From: Sphyrna mokarran
Taxonomy: Eukaryota
NCBI GenBank assembly: GCA_024679065.1
Contig: JAGIQG010000014.1
Coordinates: 39,060,001-39,124,000, forward strand
Length of the DNA stretch: 64,000 nt
Reading direction: 5' to 3'
The notes under the pieces were generated by a model. That model did not search any database. It saw only the letters and a list, made by a program, of their open reading frames with translations, and was not told the origin of the DNA. The translations under genes and the position numbers were made by a program. The number at the start of each line of letters is the position of its first letter. The first letter of the stretch is position 1. This document shows positions 63,544 to 64,000 of the stretch, one piece after another.

Positions 63544-63574
63544 ATGGATTTCGTGATGAAGCAGGCGCTGGGTG
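63544..63574 (+). CDS. CPLX1/CPLX2: Complexin-1/2 first coding exon (MDFVMKQALG + 1 nt); rest of the gene lies beyond the window
   Basis: Kozak CACCATGG; ATG GAT TTC GTG ATG AAG CAG GCG CTG GGT G|GTGAGT; matches the complexin-1/2 N-terminus and its 31-nt phase-1 first coding exon; paralogue not resolvable from 10 codons. Confidence 0.95.
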
Positions 63575-63815
63575 GTGAGTGAAAAGCCAGTGCTTGTACT
63601 GTTCGAACCAGTCTCTCGATGCCCTTAAGCCGAACGCGGAAGGATGATTTAGGAAGCTGATTTTCTCCTTTTTTTAAAAAACACACTTGACAGTGCTCAT
63701 GTCGACCGTCTCCCCGCGCTCCCATCTCGTTCTTAACCCAACTCAGCTTTTCATTGAGAAAATAAAAGGTTAAAATAGAACGGGGGCATGTCAGGGAGGG
63801 AGGTTCCCCGAGAGC

Positions 63816-63873
63816 TCAAGGTCAGGCTGTCTGCTCGAAACCGGTGTAAAGGTTAAACGACGCTCCGAGGTCA
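63816..63873 (+). promoter_or_regulatory. ERR response element plus a second half-site in the intron
   Basis: TCAAGGTCA 63816-63824; AGGTCA 63868-63873. Confidence 0.45.
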
Positions 63874-64000
63874 AGCAGCCAGGGGTGCTAAGGGATTAGT
63901 GCCGATAATAAGCCTATGCTCCCCAGAGGCACTGTGACTAGCGTACAGTCAATGATGTTCACAAACTCGGCATGTCTTCTTAAAGGAACAGTGCACTTTA

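Larger units (their letters stand above)
60340..64000 (+). promoter_or_regulatory. CpG-retaining, TE-free promoter and 5' region of complexin
   Basis: Clear rise in CG dinucleotides relative to the rest of the window, no recognisable TEs, G-run at 61181-61196, adjoins the first coding exon. Confidence 0.7.

Noticed and set aside
63531-63725. 64-aa minus-strand ORF over the complexin exon
   Set aside because: No recognisable similarity; it is the antisense reading of the real exon and intron.
63870-63892. Second RE1 site on the minus strand (TTAGCACCCCTGGCTGC)
   Set aside because: Four mismatches including the GGACAG core; too weak to call.

Overview
Vertebrate genomic DNA, almost certainly from a shark or other cartilaginous fish, judged from the repeat families: HE1-type V-SINEs, HER1/CR1 LINEs, Deu-domain SINEs, Penelope-like elements and Harbinger MITEs. 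About the first 60 kb is intergenic or intronic and dense in mostly decayed, nested transposons; nearly all ORFs in the supplied track are TE remnants or spurious. The last ~3.7 kb is CpG-rich and free of recognisable TEs. It holds the first coding exon of a complexin gene on the + strand (MDFVMKQALG, 31 nt, phase-1 GTGAGT donor; CPLX1 or CPLX2), which the ORF track misses. Around that exon are an in-frame uORF, an RE1-like motif over the start codon and arrays of nuclear-receptor half-sites. The most striking structure is a perfect 100-bp/5-nt/100-bp palindrome (53134-53338) with a 14-bp target-site duplication; it is made of Penelope terminal sequence and encodes an intact-looking minimal hammerhead ribozyme on both strands. 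The V-SINEs fall into two groups with different 3' tails, and one tail shares its terminal stem-loop with the Rex1/Babar LINE in this window. Family names come from recognised motifs, not database searches, and boundaries of decayed repeats are approximate (tens of bp).
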